From assembly GCA_040768985.1 (NCBI GenBank), contig JAXGLX010000002.1, positions 1,856,637 through 1,920,636 of the forward strand: 64,000 bases of DNA, read 5' to 3'. The DNA is from Acidobacteriota bacterium. GTDB lineage: Bacteria > Acidobacteriota > JAAYUB01. A program made the position numbers and the translations under genes. Shown in pieces: positions 26,139 through 37,515 of the stretch. The notes below the pieces were generated by a model. That model was not told the DNA's origin, ran no database searches, and saw only the letters and a list, made by a program, of their open reading frames with translations. Positions within the stretch are counted from its first letter, which is position 1. Each line of letters opens with the position of its first letter.

Positions 26139-29129
26139 TTGACACCACCGGACCGGACGGCCACAATGAACCTGATGACCGACCCCCGCGATCCGTCGAT
26201 ACCGGTGTCAGCCGGCTATTGTGTGGTGTGCGGCGAGCGCCTGCCCGGGCCGGATTCGGAGAGCTGCCCCGGCTGCGGCGCCGCTGTCCGTCACCCGCTG
26301 GTCGCCCTGCCTGAAACTGAGCTGAGCGATCCGTTCGGGTCCGTTTCCAGCCGTTCCGCCGCCTCCACCACCGCCGAACTCGGCCCCGACGGCTTTTCCC
26401 CGCACGTCATGCCCGAACACGTGGGCCCTTACGAGATCCAGGTGGAACTCGGGCGCGGCGGCATGGGCGTGGTGTACCGGGCGTGGCAGCCGTCGCTCAA
26501 GCGCACGGTGGCCTTGAAAGTGATGCTGGCGGGCGAGTTTGCCGGGGAGCGCTCCGTCCGGCGGTTCATCCGCGAGGCGGAGGCCGCCGCCCGGCTGCGC
26601 CATCCGCACATCGTGTCGATCCTGGACCTCGGGGAGCATGACGGCAAGCCGTTCTTCACCATGGCCTACATCGAGGGGCGGACGCTGGAGCAGGCGATCC
26701 GCGCCGGCTCCATCAGTCTGGCCGACGGCGTGGCCATCGTGGCCAAGGTGGCCGCGGCGGTGGCTCACGCCCACGCCAACGGCGTCATCCACCGGGACCT
26801 CAAGCCCGCCAACATCCTCCTCGACGGCGATGGCGAGCCCCACGTGACCGATTTCGGACTGGCCGCCCAGGCGCGGGAGGCCAGTTCCATCACCGGCACC
26901 GGCGCCGTGATGGGGACGCCCCTTTACATGGCGCCGGAGCAGGTCGCGGGCGCCCGCCACCTTGTGGACGAGCGCACCGACGTCTACAGCCTGGGTGCCA
27001 CGCTGTACCACGTGCTCACGGGCCGCGGCCCCTTTCCCGACGAGGCGGCCGCGCCGGTGCTGTTCTCGGTGCTCACCCGCGAGCCGGAGCCGCCGCGGGC
27101 GCTCCGCCCGGACATCTCCCGCGACCTCGAGCTCATCTGCCTCACCGCCATGGCCAAGGAGCGGGACCGCCGCTATGCTTCCATGACCGAATTCCACGAC
27201 GACCTGGAGCGATTCCAGCGCGGCGAAGCCATCCGGGCCCGGCCGGCGTCGCTCGTCTATCGGCTGGGCAAGCACCTGCGGCGCAACAAGACCGCGGCCG
27301 TCCTCGCCGCATCACTGGCGCTGGTGCTGGCCGCCGCCGGCGGCTGGACTTGGTTTCAGCAGGCCCGGACCTGGTTCGGCTGGGAGGAAGTGTTCCGCGA
27401 CGATTTCGACCGCGACGCCATCGGTCCGGACTACCGACCCAATGACGGGCATTGGGCCATCCGGGACGGTCAGTTGAGGGGTCACGGCATCGGTTACGTG
27501 GACATCAGTCTCGTCCGCCCGTTTCCCGGCAACCTGCGCCTGACCTTTGACGCCCGCATCATCCCGGGCAGCCCGAAGCGTGAGATCGCCGTCTTCCTGG
27601 ACGGCCAGCACCGGGACCGGTCCGGTTACTACTTCGGTTTCGGCGGCGACTACGCCACCACCACCATCGATCGCGACGAGAAGGAGGTGCGGCATGCGCG
27701 GTCCCCCGCCGTGGAGCCCGGGCAGGCCTACCACGTGACGGTCACCCGGCAGAACAACCGGCTGGAGATCGCCGTGGACGGTCGCCTGTTGGCCGGCTAC
27801 CTCGACCCGTTTCCGCTCGATCCCGCCGAGACCGACCGGCTCCGACTCGGGACCTACGACGGCGAGGTGACCATCGATAACCTGCGCATCTACCAGGAGA
27901 GCGTTCCGGAGATGCTCAGCGCCACCGCCGTCGGCGACCGGCTCTTCGACCACGGCCAGACCGCTGCCGCCCGGCGGGAATACGAGCTGGTGGCGCGCAA
28001 CCACGCCGGCAAGGCCATCGCCGGCGAGGCGCGTTTCAAGTCCGGGCTCTGCCTGCTGCTCCAAGGCGACTATGCCGCCGCCCGGACCGAATTCAGCCGG
28101 GTCGCCGCCGCCGGCGCCGATGAAACGTACCGCCGGCTGGCCGACCTCAACCTCGGCGTGGTCCTGCGGCTCGAGGGCCGGCATGAAGAGGCGTTCCGGC
28201 GGCTGCGCGACCTCGAGGGCCGGTGCGCCGATCCCGAAGAGCGGGAGCGCCTGGCCATCGAGCTGCAGCAGCTCAGTCACCAGGCATGGACGCACGGGGC
28301 GCCCGAGAGCGCCCTTCGCTACAACCGCTTCATCATCGACCGGTTCCCCGGAACCGAGATGGCCGAGCGGTCCGAACTGGCGCTGGCCGGGAGCGAATCA
28401 GACGAAACGGTCCGCCGCCGGGAGCTGGATCGTTTTTTAGCGCGCCATCCGCGACCCGGCAAAAACCAGAACAACGCGTACCAACTACTGGCCGGCAGTT
28501 GCCTGCTGCTGGGCGATCCGGCGGCCGCCCTGGCCGTTTTCGAACGGCAAATCGAAGCTTTTCGCGGCATCAACACACGGTTCGCGCTCGGCGCGCTGAT
28601 GGGGAAGGGCCTGGTGCTGGCCGGCCTCGGACGCGGGCGCGACGTCCAGTCAGTCCGGGAGGAGATGCTGGCGCTGCTTCCCGGCGATCCGCTACCTGTC
28701 CGCCAGGCGCGCGAATTGGATGTTTTCGCCGCCCGTCGGCAGGGGGACTCCGTCCGCGCCGTCCGCATTCTGGAGGCGGCGGCGGCCGACGGCTCCATCC
28801 ATCCGACCGAGGAAATGACGCTGGCGCTGTTGTACCGGGAGATGGGCGAAACGGACCGGGCGAACGCGCTGTGGCGCCGGGTCGCGGCCGGCCCACCCAG
28901 TGAAGAATCCAAGGCGGCCGTGCTCTTCCTGGGGGACCGTTCGCCCGACGCGTTCCAGGCGGACGAATCGATCATCTACCCCTACCGCTGTCTCTACCTG
29001 TGGCAGTATCACCGGATGCGGGGCGAGCGGGCCGACGCGCTCGCCCTGGAGTATGCCCGCCAGTCGGCGCCGTTCACTCCGGAGGTCTGCGAGGCCATCC
29101 TGGCGCTGCGACCGCCGGCCGGGCGGTGA
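26139..29129 (+). CDS. Serine/threonine protein kinase: N-terminal zinc ribbon, Hanks kinase domain, TM, concanavalin/LamG-like domain, C-terminal TPR repeats
   Basis: [11 protein letters not shown]...[28 protein letters not shown]; CVVCG...CPGC ribbon; [20 protein letters not shown]. Start at 26139 or 26166. Confidence 0.9.
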   Translation: MTPPDRTATMNLMTDPRDPSIPVSAGYCVVCGERLPGPDSESCPGCGAAVRHPLVALPETELSDPFGSVSSRSAASTTAELGPDGFSPHVMPEHVGPYEIQVELGRGGMGVVYRAWQPSLKRTVALKVMLAGEFAGERSVRRFIREAEAAARLRHPHIVSILDLGEHDGKPFFTMAYIEGRTLEQAIRAGSISLADGVAIVAKVAAAVAHAHANGVIHRDLKPANILLDGDGEPHVTDFGLAAQAREASSITGTGAVMGTPLYMAPEQVAGARHLVDERTDVYSLGATLYHVLTGRGPFPDEAAAPVLFSVLTREPEPPRALRPDISRDLELICLTAMAKERDRRYASMTEFHDDLERFQRGEAIRARPASLVYRLGKHLRRNKTAAVLAASLALVLAAAGGWTWFQQARTWFGWEEVFRDDFDRDAIGPDYRPNDGHWAIRDGQLRGHGIGYVDISLVRPFPGNLRLTFDARIIPGSPKREIAVFLDGQHRDRSGYYFGFGGDYATTTIDRDEKEVRHARSPAVEPGQAYHVTVTRQNNRLEIAVDGRLLAGYLDPFPLDPAETDRLRLGTYDGEVTIDNLRIYQESVPEMLSATAVGDRLFDHGQTAAARREYELVARNHAGKAIAGEARFKSGLCLLLQGDYAAARTEFSRVAAAGADETYRRLADLNLGVVLRLEGRHEEAFRRLRDLEGRCADPEERERLAIELQQLSHQAWTHGAPESALRYNRFIIDRFPGTEMAERSELALAGSESDETVRRRELDRFLARHPRPGKNQNNAYQLLAGSCLLLGDPAAALAVFERQIEAFRGINTRFALGALMGKGLVLAGLGRGRDVQSVREEMLALLPGDPLPVRQARELDVFAARRQGDSVRAVRILEAAAADGSIHPTEEMTLALLYREMGETDRANALWRRVAAGPPSEESKAAVLFLGDRSPDAFQADESIIYPYRCLYLWQYHRMRGERADALALEYARQSAPFTPEVCEAILALRPPAGR

Positions 29130-29152
29130 CCGTGGCTCCCGGCGATCCCGTC

Positions 29153-29833
29153 ATGCGTCCGGCCAGTGACCACTCCCTGCTGGTGGCCTTCGGCGACACG
29201 ATCGCACCGGAGCACCACCTGGCCGTGGTGCGGCTGACGGCGCGGCTGCTTGAGGCGCCACCCTCCTGGCTGCGTGACGTGCATCCCGCCTACAGTTCGG
29301 TGTTGGTGTGGCACGATCCACTGCAGATCGACGCCGGGGCGGCCGCCGAAGCGCTCCGCCGCATCTGGGCCGAGGCGGCCGAGGCGCCGGACCCGCCGGA
29401 ACGGACCGTCGAAATCCCGGTCCTTTACGGCGGCGGCCACGGCCCCGACCTGGCCGACGTGGCGGCCCATTGCGGGCTGACCGAGGCCGAGGTGATCCGG
29501 CGCCACGCCGCCGGAGAATACCGGGTCTACTTCCTGGGCTTCTCGCCCGGTTTCCCTTACCTGGGCGGACTGGACGAGGCACTGGCCACGCCGCGGCTGC
29601 CCACTCCGCGACGGCGGGTGCCCGCCGGCAGCGTCGCCATCGGCGGGAAACAGACCGGCGTCTACCCGGTGGCGTCGCCGGGCGGCTGGCGAATCATCGG
29701 GCGCACGCCGCTGCGCCTGTTCGATCCGGCGCGGACGCCGCCCGCCTGGCTTGCCATGGGTGACCGGGTCCGGTTCACGCCGGTCGACGAGGCGGCGTCC
29801 GCCGCCGCGGCGGGCGGGGAGGCGGCGCCGTGA
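29153..29833 (+). CDS. pxpB: 5-oxoprolinase subunit B (allophanate hydrolase subunit 1 / KipI family)
   Basis: [62 protein letters not shown]. An alternative GTG at 29126 overlaps the kinase stop (GTGA). Confidence 0.85.
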   Translation: MRPASDHSLLVAFGDTIAPEHHLAVVRLTARLLEAPPSWLRDVHPAYSSVLVWHDPLQIDAGAAAEALRRIWAEAAEAPDPPERTVEIPVLYGGGHGPDLADVAAHCGLTEAEVIRRHAAGEYRVYFLGFSPGFPYLGGLDEALATPRLPTPRRRVPAGSVAIGGKQTGVYPVASPGGWRIIGRTPLRLFDPARTPPAWLAMGDRVRFTPVDEAASAAAAGGEAAP

Positions 29834-30777
29834 GCCGCGTGCGTGTTCTCGAAGCCGGTTTTCTCACCACCGTCCAGGACCTGGGCCGGCCAGGCTGGGC
29901 GCACCTGGGGGTATCCGCTGCCGGCGCCGCCGACGCCATCTCGCTGCGCCTGGGCAACCGGCTGTGCGGCAACGCCGACGGGACCCCGGCCCTGGAGCTG
30001 ACCCTGGTGGGCGGCGCCTTCGCCTTCGAGGGACCGGCGCGGATCGCGCTGACGGGCGCCGATTTCTCCGCGACGCTGGACGGCCATCCGGCGCCGGCGT
30101 GGCTCTTACTGGCGGTCGCGCCGGGCCAGGTCCTGCAGCTCGGCCCCGCCCGAAGCGGCACCCGCGGCTACCTCTGCGTCCGCGGCGGTTTCGCCGTACC
30201 GCCCCTACTGGGGAGCGCGGCCACCCACCTCCTGACCGGAATGGGCGGTCACGCCGGCCGGCCGCTGCGCAAGGGCGACGTGCTGGACATCGGGCCGGCG
30301 GCGGACGCGGACGACGTGCCGATGCGGCGCGTCCCGCCGGACGCTCTGGACCGGCTCTTCCCTGCCGGTCCCTTGCGGGCAACCGCGGGTCCCCAGGCCG
30401 ATTACTTCGGGCGGGCTTCGCTGGACCTGTTTTTCTCCAGCCCGTGGCGCGTGCGCGAGTCGTCGGACCGGATGGGGATCCGCCTGGCCGGCCCCGCGCT
30501 GGAGCGGCGCCGCCCTGACGAGCTCCTCACTGAGGGGATCAGCGCCGGCGCCGTGCAGGTGCCCCGCGACGGCCAGCCCATCGTGCTCCACGTAGAGCAT
30601 CCCACCACCGGCGGCTATCCGAAGATCGCCCACGTGATCACCGCCGACGGCCATCGCCTGGGCCAACTCCGGCCGCGGGACGAGATCCGCTTCGCGCCGG
30701 TGGCGCTGGAGCGGGCCGTGGCGCTGCTCCGGGAGCGGGAGGCGCTCATCGACGCCGCGATCCGGGAGGCCGGATGA
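29830..30777 (+). CDS. pxpC: 5-oxoprolinase subunit C (allophanate hydrolase subunit 2 / KipA family)
   Basis: [39 protein letters not shown]...[26 protein letters not shown]; 4-nt overlap with pxpB. Confidence 0.85.
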   Translation: MSRVRVLEAGFLTTVQDLGRPGWAHLGVSAAGAADAISLRLGNRLCGNADGTPALELTLVGGAFAFEGPARIALTGADFSATLDGHPAPAWLLLAVAPGQVLQLGPARSGTRGYLCVRGGFAVPPLLGSAATHLLTGMGGHAGRPLRKGDVLDIGPAADADDVPMRRVPPDALDRLFPAGPLRATAGPQADYFGRASLDLFFSSPWRVRESSDRMGIRLAGPALERRRPDELLTEGISAGAVQVPRDGQPIVLHVEHPTTGGYPKIAHVITADGHRLGQLRPRDEIRFAPVALERAVALLREREALIDAAIREAG

Positions 30778-32027
30778 CACCGGACGCTTCGACACCCTGG
30801 TACCGGGCCGCCACCGCCGTGCAGTGGAAGACGCTGCTGGCCGCCCAGCTTGGCTGGATGCTCGACGCCATGGACGTCATGCTGTACGCCTTCGCCCTGG
30901 GGACGATCCAGCAGGAGTTCGACCTCAGCGGCGCCGGCGCCGGCGCGCTGGCTTCGGTCACGCTGATCACGTCGGCCGCCGGCGGCATCTTTTTCGGCTG
31001 GCTGGCCGACCGGGTCGGCCGGACGCGGGCGCTGATCTACTCCATCCTTGTGTATTCCGTCTGCACGGCGCTCACCGCCACGTCGCGCGGCGTCGCCGAG
31101 CTGGTGTTGTGGCGGTCGCTCGTGGGCATCGGGCTGGGCGGCGAGTGGTCCGCCGGCTCGGTGCTGGTGTCGGAGACATGGCCGGCCGCCCACCGCGGCA
31201 AGGCCATCGGCCTGATGCAGAGCGGCTGGGCCATCGGCTACATCGCCGCCGCGCTGCTCGCCGCCGCCATCCTCCCCGTCTGGGGCTGGCGGGTGCTGTT
31301 CGCCGTCGGCGTGCTGCCCGCCCTGCTGACCCTCTGGATCCGGCGCCACGTGCCCGAACCGGAGGTCTGGCGCGCCGCCGCTCCGGCCGGCGCCCGCGAC
31401 CCGCGGCGCGGCGGGGCGCTGGGCGAGATGTTCCGTCCACCGCTGCGCCGGCCCACCCTGGCGGCCATGATCATGACCACCTGCGTGCTCTTCGCCTACT
31501 GGGGACTGTTCACCTGGCTGCCGTCCTTCCTGGCCGCGCCGCCGGAGCAGGGCGGCGCGGGCCTCGGCATCGTCAAGTCGTCCGGCTGGATCGTGCCCAT
31601 GCAGATCGGGGCGTTTTTCGGCTACACACTGTTCGGCTTCCTCGCCGACCGGCTCGGCCGCCGGCCGGTGTTCGCCGGCTTCCTCATCGCCGCAGCCGTG
31701 CTGGTCCCGGTGTACGGGCAACTGGCGCGCCACGAGCTCGCCCTGCTGGCGCTGGGCCCGCTCATCGGCTTCTTCGGTCACGGCTATTTCAGCGTGTTCG
31801 GCGCCATGCTGGCGGAGCTGTTCCCGACGCGGATCCGCGGCACGGCCCAGGGCATGGTCTACAACGCCGGCCGGGCGGTGAGCGCCCTGGCCCCGTTCAC
31901 CATCGGCGCCCTGGCCGACGCATGGGGCATCGGCAGCGCGCTGGCGCTGACCGCGGCGTTCTTTCTGGCCGGCGCGGCGCTCATGGCATTTCTGCCCGAG
32001 ACGCGGGGGCGGGAGCTGGAGGGGTAG
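30774..32027 (+). CDS. MFS transporter
   Basis: 417 aa, 12 TM pattern; GWLADRVGRTRAL, LWRSLVGIGLGGEW motifs; 4-nt overlap with pxpC. Confidence 0.85.
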   Translation: MTPDASTPWYRAATAVQWKTLLAAQLGWMLDAMDVMLYAFALGTIQQEFDLSGAGAGALASVTLITSAAGGIFFGWLADRVGRTRALIYSILVYSVCTALTATSRGVAELVLWRSLVGIGLGGEWSAGSVLVSETWPAAHRGKAIGLMQSGWAIGYIAAALLAAAILPVWGWRVLFAVGVLPALLTLWIRRHVPEPEVWRAAAPAGARDPRRGGALGEMFRPPLRRPTLAAMIMTTCVLFAYWGLFTWLPSFLAAPPEQGGAGLGIVKSSGWIVPMQIGAFFGYTLFGFLADRLGRRPVFAGFLIAAAVLVPVYGQLARHELALLALGPLIGFFGHGYFSVFGAMLAELFPTRIRGTAQGMVYNAGRAVSALAPFTIGALADAWGIGSALALTAAFFLAGAALMAFLPETRGRELEG

Positions 32028-32470
32028 CATTCACCTCAGAGGGCACAGAGGACGCGGAGAAGATCATTCGTCATTGGTCATTGGTCATTGGTCATTTCTC
32101 ATTGGTCATTGTCAGAGGAGCGATGGGTGAATAGGTGAATGGGTGAAAAGGTGAATGGGAAGAGCTTATTTATTATTGCTCATTGACTATATTTTATTGG
32201 ATATTTAGAGCCGAGTCGGGTTTTGCCGGGATCCGGGAGGCGGGAACTGGGACCTGGGAACCGGGACCTAGGAACTGAAACCCGGGAACTAGGACCTGTG
32301 AGCTGGGGGCGAGATCCAGGCCCCAGAACCAAGGTCCCAGATCCGATATCCGAAGTCCGATATCCGAAGTCCGATGATCGGGAACGAGCCTCGAGTCTCG
32401 AGCCTCGATAACGATGACGAGCACGATGAACTCTCAACCCTCAACCATCAACCATCAACTATCAACCGAT
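32028..32470. repeat. 3'-end conserved element (diverged, GTCATTGG array) plus reverse-orientation composite repeat block
   Basis: 32030-32110 starts at the MFS stop; followed by GTGAATRGG and, in reverse, CTCGAG, TCGGACATCGGAT and GGTTCCCAGGTCC arrays. Confidence 0.75.
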
Positions 32471-32482
32471 GAAAGGTGAACC

Positions 32483-33271
32483 ATGGCCATAACGATCGAT
32501 CTGAACGCGGATGTGGGCGAGCGCCCCGAAGCACTGGCCGACGGCTCCGAGGCCGCACTGCTCCGGCTGGTCACTTCGGCCAACATCGCTTGCGGCGGCC
32601 ACGCCGGCGACGCCGCCACCATGGCCGCGACGGTGCGGCTGGCGCTGGAGTCCGGCACCGCCATCGGCGCCCATCCCGGCTACCCGGATCCCCTGCACTT
32701 CGGCCGGGCGGTCCTCGCCATGGAGCCGGCGGCACTTCGCGCCAGCCTGCTGGCACAGATCCGGGCGCTGGCCGGGATCGCGGCCGCCGCCGGCGCCCGC
32801 CTGGCGCACGTCAAGCCGCACGGCGCGCTCTACAACCTGGCCACGCGTGACGCGGCGACCGCCCGCCTCGTCGCCGAAACGGTGGCGGCGATCGACCCGA
32901 AGCTCGTGCTGGTGGGGCTGGTCGGCTCCGCCCTGCTGGAGGCCGGACGGATGGCGGGACTGGCGGTGGTCGGCGAGGCGTTCGCGGAGCGGCGCTACGA
33001 GGCGGACGGGACGCTGCGCGATCGGTGCCACGACGACGCGTTGGTCCGCGATCCGGCCGAAGCGGCGGCCCAGGCCGTCACCATCGCCCGCGACCGCCGG
33101 GTGACGGCCGTCGACGGCACGGTGGTGCCGGTGGACGCCCGCACGCTGTGCCTCCACGGCGACTCCCCCGGCGCCGTGGTCATCGCCGCCGCGGTCCGCC
33201 AGGCGCTTGAGCGCGCCGGCGTGGTTTTAGCGCCGTTGAGAGTGAACGGAGAGGAGATAGGAGATCGGTGA
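32483..33271 (+). CDS. pxpA: 5-oxoprolinase subunit A (LamB/YcsF family)
   Basis: IDLNADVGE...SANIACGGHAGD...HVKPHGALYN. The last ~9 codons (VNGEEIGDR) are encoded by the repeat array. Confidence 0.85.
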   Translation: MAITIDLNADVGERPEALADGSEAALLRLVTSANIACGGHAGDAATMAATVRLALESGTAIGAHPGYPDPLHFGRAVLAMEPAALRASLLAQIRALAGIAAAAGARLAHVKPHGALYNLATRDAATARLVAETVAAIDPKLVLVGLVGSALLEAGRMAGLAVVGEAFAERRYEADGTLRDRCHDDALVRDPAEAAAQAVTIARDRRVTAVDGTVVPVDARTLCLHGDSPGAVVIAAAVRQALERAGVVLAPLRVNGEEIGDR

Positions 33272-33530
33272 GTCGGTGAATGGGTGAATGGGTGAATCGG
33301 TGAATGGGTGAATCGGTGAATGGGTGAATGGGTGAATCGGTGAATGGGTGAATGGGTGAATCGGTGAATGGGTGAATCGGTGAATGGGTGAATCGGTGAA
33401 TGGGTTGTGAGGGGGATTCATCAATTATGAGAAGACCGATCTCCGATGTCCGATGTCCGATGTCCGATGTCCGCGTCATGGGAACGAGTCTCGAGCCTCG
33501 AGTCTCAATGACGAGCACGATTACGATTCG
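33250..33530. repeat. Composite repeat block: GTGAATGG/GTGAATCGG array (12 units), TCCGATG x4, GGGAACGAGTCTCGAGCCTCGAG, ACGATTACGATTCG
   Basis: Direct reading; same module order as 1440-1930. Confidence 0.85.
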
Positions 33531-33531
33531 G

Positions 33532-34865
33532 GCCAAGTGACGGCAACCGCGGAACGCTTGGGTGCCAGCAACCCCGGAACGGTATAATGCCCTATCGACT
33601 ACTTGCAAGGATGATACGATGGCAAAAAAAACAGCCGGGAGACGCTGCGTCGGCGCATGATTCTTGACATTCGCCGGGGGCGTTCCTATCGGTGGGTAGC
33701 CCAACGATATGGGGTTGGGCTTGCCACCGTAGCGCGTTGGGTGAACCGAACCGATGGTCAGCGGCTGGATCGGACCGACCTGGTGATCGTCGGCGGCCAT
33801 AGGCGGGCGCTGAACCGGACGGATGACGCAATGGAAGAGCGGGTGCTGACCGTTCGCAGCCAGCTGAAACAGTTCAGCGATCTGGGCGAGTGGGGGGCGG
33901 CCGCCATCCGCCAGGAGCTGATGGCGCAGGGGGTGGTGTCGGTGCCGTCGGTGCGGACTATCGGCCGGATCGTGGCCCGGCGGGGGGCGGTGGCCCGGCG
34001 TTACCTATGCGGCGACCGGCGCCGCGGCCGGGTTGGTATCTACCGTCGGTAGCCAGCGGCTGGCTGGAACTGGACAACTTCGACATCGTTGAAGGGTTGG
34101 CGATTCGAGGCGGGCCTGGATTCAGATTGTTCAACGGCATCTCGCTCCACGGAGCCCTGGCGGACACGCATATTCAAGTGTGGGGATTCACCGCCCGAAC
34201 GGTACTGACCGCCTGCCTAGTCCATTGGCGGCGCATGATGCCCCGCCTACGCCCAGTTTGACAATGACAGCCATTCCCGGGGCCGCACAGCCGCCCGGAC
34301 GTCATCAGCCGGGTGATGCGGTTGTGCACGGCGCACTAGGCATCGTGCCGGTGTTTGCGCCACCCGCGAAATGGGCTTCCAGGCCGCCATCGAGCACTAC
34401 AACGGGTTGTGGCCAGGCCAGAGTGTGGCACCGGTTTGTCTATGCCTCACTGGAGGAGGTCAAGCGCAGACGGAACGGTTTCTGACCGCGCGCACCCTGC
34501 AACTGGCTCGCCGCATGGCCGAGGCCCCGGCTCGCCCCGGATCCCATCCACATGGCGACTGGACTTGCAACAACCGCTGCTCGGCCAAGTCATCTTTCTG
34601 CGTCGGAGCGATGACCAGGGCCACGTGACAGTGCTCGGCCGGCGGCTTGCGGTGGATCGCCATTGGGTGAACCGGTTGGTCCGCTGTACGATGGATCTAT
34701 CGAATCAGGAAATCGATTTCTACGGCCTTTCGCGCCGCGATCCCACCGTACAACCCTTGCTGGGACAGGCTCCTTACGTAATCCCCGATAAACGCTTCCA
34801 TGAATAAGCCCGCCAGACAAGGCTTTTCGCTGGGGTGATGTCAGGGTCGGCAGTTTTTTGCGTTC
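33532..34865 (+). mobile_element. Degenerate IS copy 1 (HTH + rve/DDE-type transposase, multiply frameshifted) bounded by ~27-bp imperfect terminal inverted repeats
   Basis: Left end GGCCAAGTGACGGCAACCGCGGAACGC (33532-33560) versus the reverse complement of 34838-34865 (GGCCAAGTGACAGCAACCGCGGAACGC). Frames 33657..34052 (HTH: RWVAQRYGVGLATVARWV), 33890..34261 (LELDNFDIVEG, DDE-like) and 34371..34628 (EHYNGLWPGQS, transposase C-terminus-like) are fragments of one broken gene. Confidence 0.6.
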
Positions 34866-34869
34866 CGCG

Positions 34870-35002
34870 GTTGCTGTCACTTGGCCATTACGAATTACGA
34901 TTACGTCTCACGATCACGACAGCCTTGCCCCCTAACCCAGATCCCCCGTCTCCTATTTCTCCTATCTCCTATCTCTTATCCCCTATCTGACAAGTAGCAT
35001 CA
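34870..35002. repeat. Partial composite repeat (ATTACG array, GGAGATAGGAGA-type array in reverse)
   Basis: tacgaattacgattacg...tctcctatttctcctatctcctatctcttatcccctatc. Confidence 0.7.
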
Positions 35003-36478
35003 CATCGTGCACAAAAAAATAGCATGACATCGTGCACAACAACGGTCGCATATTGCATCACATCGTGCCACCGCCCTCGGTTTTAAGGCCATCAAATAGC
35101 GGGACATCGTGCACACTGATCACTTGGCCCACCGCGCCCGCTCGAACCCACCGATGAAGCGAAGGCAACGGCTCGGTATCATCTCCGCAATAGGAGGTGC
35201 CCATGAGCCAAGAAGAAGACATCCGGCGGCTGGCCGTGGAGCGGGTTCAGCAGGGTGAAAGTGTCCGCTCGGTGGCCACCAGTATCGGCAAGAGTCGGCG
35301 GTGGGTTTATAAATGGTTAGCCCGGCGGGCAAGTGGCGCGGCGGACTGGATGCAGACCCGATCCCGGGCGCCGAAGCGGCCCGCCGTACGCATCGACCCG
35401 GAAACCAAGGTGTTGATTGCGCAAACCCGGCTGGCGTTAGAGCAGACCAAATATGCGCAGAAAGGCGTCATGGCCATCCAATGGGCCTTTCGAAAACAAA
35501 ATCGGCCGGTTCCTCCGGGATGGCAGATCAATCGGGTTCTGAAGAGTCAGGGCTTGGTCCATCAGTCCGTTAAAAAAGAGGCCAAAGGCGTGGCATATCC
35601 CGTCGTCGGGATGGCAGTCCACGGATCGGTGCAGGAGATGGATCTGTGGGGAGCCGCGGTACATTAAAGGCGACGGGCGTTTTTACTCGTTGAATGTGAT
35701 TGATCGACACAGTCACACCGTCTGTCTGAATCCGATTCGAAGCAAAGCCAGACGAAGCCGTCGCCGCTGCCCTGGCCGCGTCTTGGGAACGGATCGGAGT
35801 CCCCGATTATCTCCAGATGGACAACGAGCTGAGTTTCCACGGCTCCAATCGGTATCCACGTTCGTTCGGCCACGTCATCCGCTTGTGTCTGGCGAATCGC
35901 ACCATCGCGGTGTTTGTGCCGATCGGCGAGCCTTGGCGGCAAGGGGTCGTGGAGCGCTTTCATGACGTGTTGGATCGGCTGTTTTTTCGGCAGACCGCAT
36001 TCACTTCATTTCGGCATCTGTGTGCGGAGAGCCGCGTGTTCGGGCGTTTCACAATGCCAGCCACTGCTATTCCCGGTTGAACAGGAAAACGCCCAACATG
36101 GTGAGAACTCAAGACGGCGAGCAGGGCGGACCGCATCAGATTGCGGGTCCGGTTCCGGCTAAAGCGCCGCTGGACTATGGCAGATCTGGCTGGTCCGATT
36201 CATTCGCAGCGATTTGATCCTGGATGTGTTTTCGGAAAAATTCAAACTGCCCAAGGTGGCCCAGTATACGTACGTCGTTGCCAAGATCGATCTCTTGGAG
36301 CAGATGCTGTATGTCTGCGACTCGAACGGGCACATGATCAGCCGGAAGGGATACATCAGATCGTGACTGTGTGCACGATGTGTTGCTATTCGGCCACCCT
36401 TAAAAACTCCCCCCTCGGGGGAGTTGTGCACGATGTTAGTGAACATCGGTCATCAGAAAAGTTGTGCACGATGTGATG
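35003..36478 (+). mobile_element. Degenerate IS copy 2 (same HTH + rve/DDE transposase family, frameshifted) flanked by inverted clusters of a 13-nt repeat CATCGTGCACAA; outer 20-bp TIR TAGCATCACATCGTGCACAA
   Basis: Left: 4 direct copies of ~ACATCGTGCACA at 35003-35125. Right: 3 copies of TTGTGCACGATGT at 36368-36478. Internal frames 35197..35667 (HTH, ...QEMDLWG), 35690.. (YIKGDGRFYSLNVIDRHSH) and 35817..36080 (LQMDNELSFHGS...) reconstruct a DDE integrase-core gene broken by frameshifts. Confidence 0.6.
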
Positions 36479-36529
36479 CTATGCAACACCTATCTCCTAT
36501 CTCCTATCTCCTAATTCTCCGTTCACTGT

Positions 36530-37294
36530 TCACTGTTTACCCGCTATCCGCGGATAGAGCCGGGCGGCGCAGTCGGGGCAGATGCCGTGGCTGAACTCGG
36601 CTTCGGAGTGCTCGCGGATGTACTGCTCCAGTTGGTTCCAGGCGCCGTTGGAGTCGCGGATTTTTTTGCAACTGGCGCAGATGGGAATGATCCCCCGCAG
36701 GGTTCGGATCTCGGCCAGGGCTTTCTCCAGCTTGCCGCAGAGCTCGACCTTCTCCATCTCGGCCGTCTTGCGGCGGGTGATGTCCAGTTGGGCGCCCAGG
36801 GCCCGCAGCGGCCGGCCGTCGGCGCTGCGGGCGACGATGCGGCCCCAGTTGAGGATCCAGCGCCAGCTGCCGTCGCGGAAGCGGAGCCGGTGCTCCACCT
36901 CGAACGCAGGCGTCTCGCCGCACTCGTGGCGGCGCGCCGCCACCTCGACCGCGGGCAGGTCGTCGGGGTGGATCAGCTCCTTCCACGCGGTGGCATGATC
37001 CTCGATGTCGCCGGGCGAATAGCCCAGCATTTTCGCCCAGCTGTCGCTGCGGACCACCCGGCCGGTGGTGAAGTCGTGGTCCCACCAGGCCAGCCCCGCG
37101 CTTTCCACGGCCATGGCCAGGCGCTCCTGCGCGTGGAATGCCTCCTCCAACAGGGCGGGATCGACATCGCCGACCGCCGTGTCAGAGCCGAGTGCCGAAA
37201 CAATGGTTTCGAGCTGGTCCACCCGCGCCATCAGCCGGTCGATTTCCGCCGCCAGCCGTTCCCGTGTGCCTAAAAGGGTCTGCATCCGCCCCAT
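36530..37294 (-). CDS. PAS domain sensor protein with C-terminal Cys-rich module (IPICASCKKIRD...W...YI..HS...FSHGICPDC)
   Basis: N-terminal coiled coil; PAS (WWDHDFTTGRVVRSDSWAKMLGYSPGDIEDHATAWKELIHPDD...WRWILNWGRIV); conserved CxxC...HGICPxC C-terminus; ATG at 37294 with a GAGGAG RBS. Confidence 0.75.
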   Translation of the reverse strand: MGRMQTLLGTRERLAAEIDRLMARVDQLETIVSALGSDTAVGDVDPALLEEAFHAQERLAMAVESAGLAWWDHDFTTGRVVRSDSWAKMLGYSPGDIEDHATAWKELIHPDDLPAVEVAARRHECGETPAFEVEHRLRFRDGSWRWILNWGRIVARSADGRPLRALGAQLDITRRKTAEMEKVELCGKLEKALAEIRTLRGIIPICASCKKIRDSNGAWNQLEQYIREHSEAEFSHGICPDCAARLYPRIAGKQ

Positions 37295-37453
37295 CTCCTC
37301 CCGCGCCGATTCAGCCCGTCACGGCGCCGGATCGCGAAAAGTTGACATGCCGGTCACAAAATCGTCATGTATATGAAAAGCGAAATATACCGCCGCCGAT
37401 GAAACCGTGGCAAGACTTTTTTTCACTGAAAGCACTCCGGCGGCGTCCGCGGC

Positions 37454-37482
37454 GTGACACGGACCGCCCCCTCGGGTACAAT
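37454..37482 (+). promoter_or_regulatory. Sigma70-like promoter GTGACA-N17-TACAAT upstream of the protease / radical-SAM operon
   Basis: -35 GTGACA (37454-37459), 17-nt spacer, -10 TACAAT (37477-37482), ~34 nt upstream of the 37516 ATG, which has an AAGGAGA RBS. Confidence 0.45.
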
Positions 37483-37515
37483 ACCCCCGACACCCCGCCG
37501 CACAAGGAGATCGCC

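Noticed and set aside
37295-37515. Micro-ORFs (9-11 aa, e.g. MPVTKSSCI) as a RiPP precursor upstream of the protease / radical-SAM operon
   Set aside because: They are too short, lack an RBS, and overlap the predicted promoter. They are kept only as a note under the module finding.
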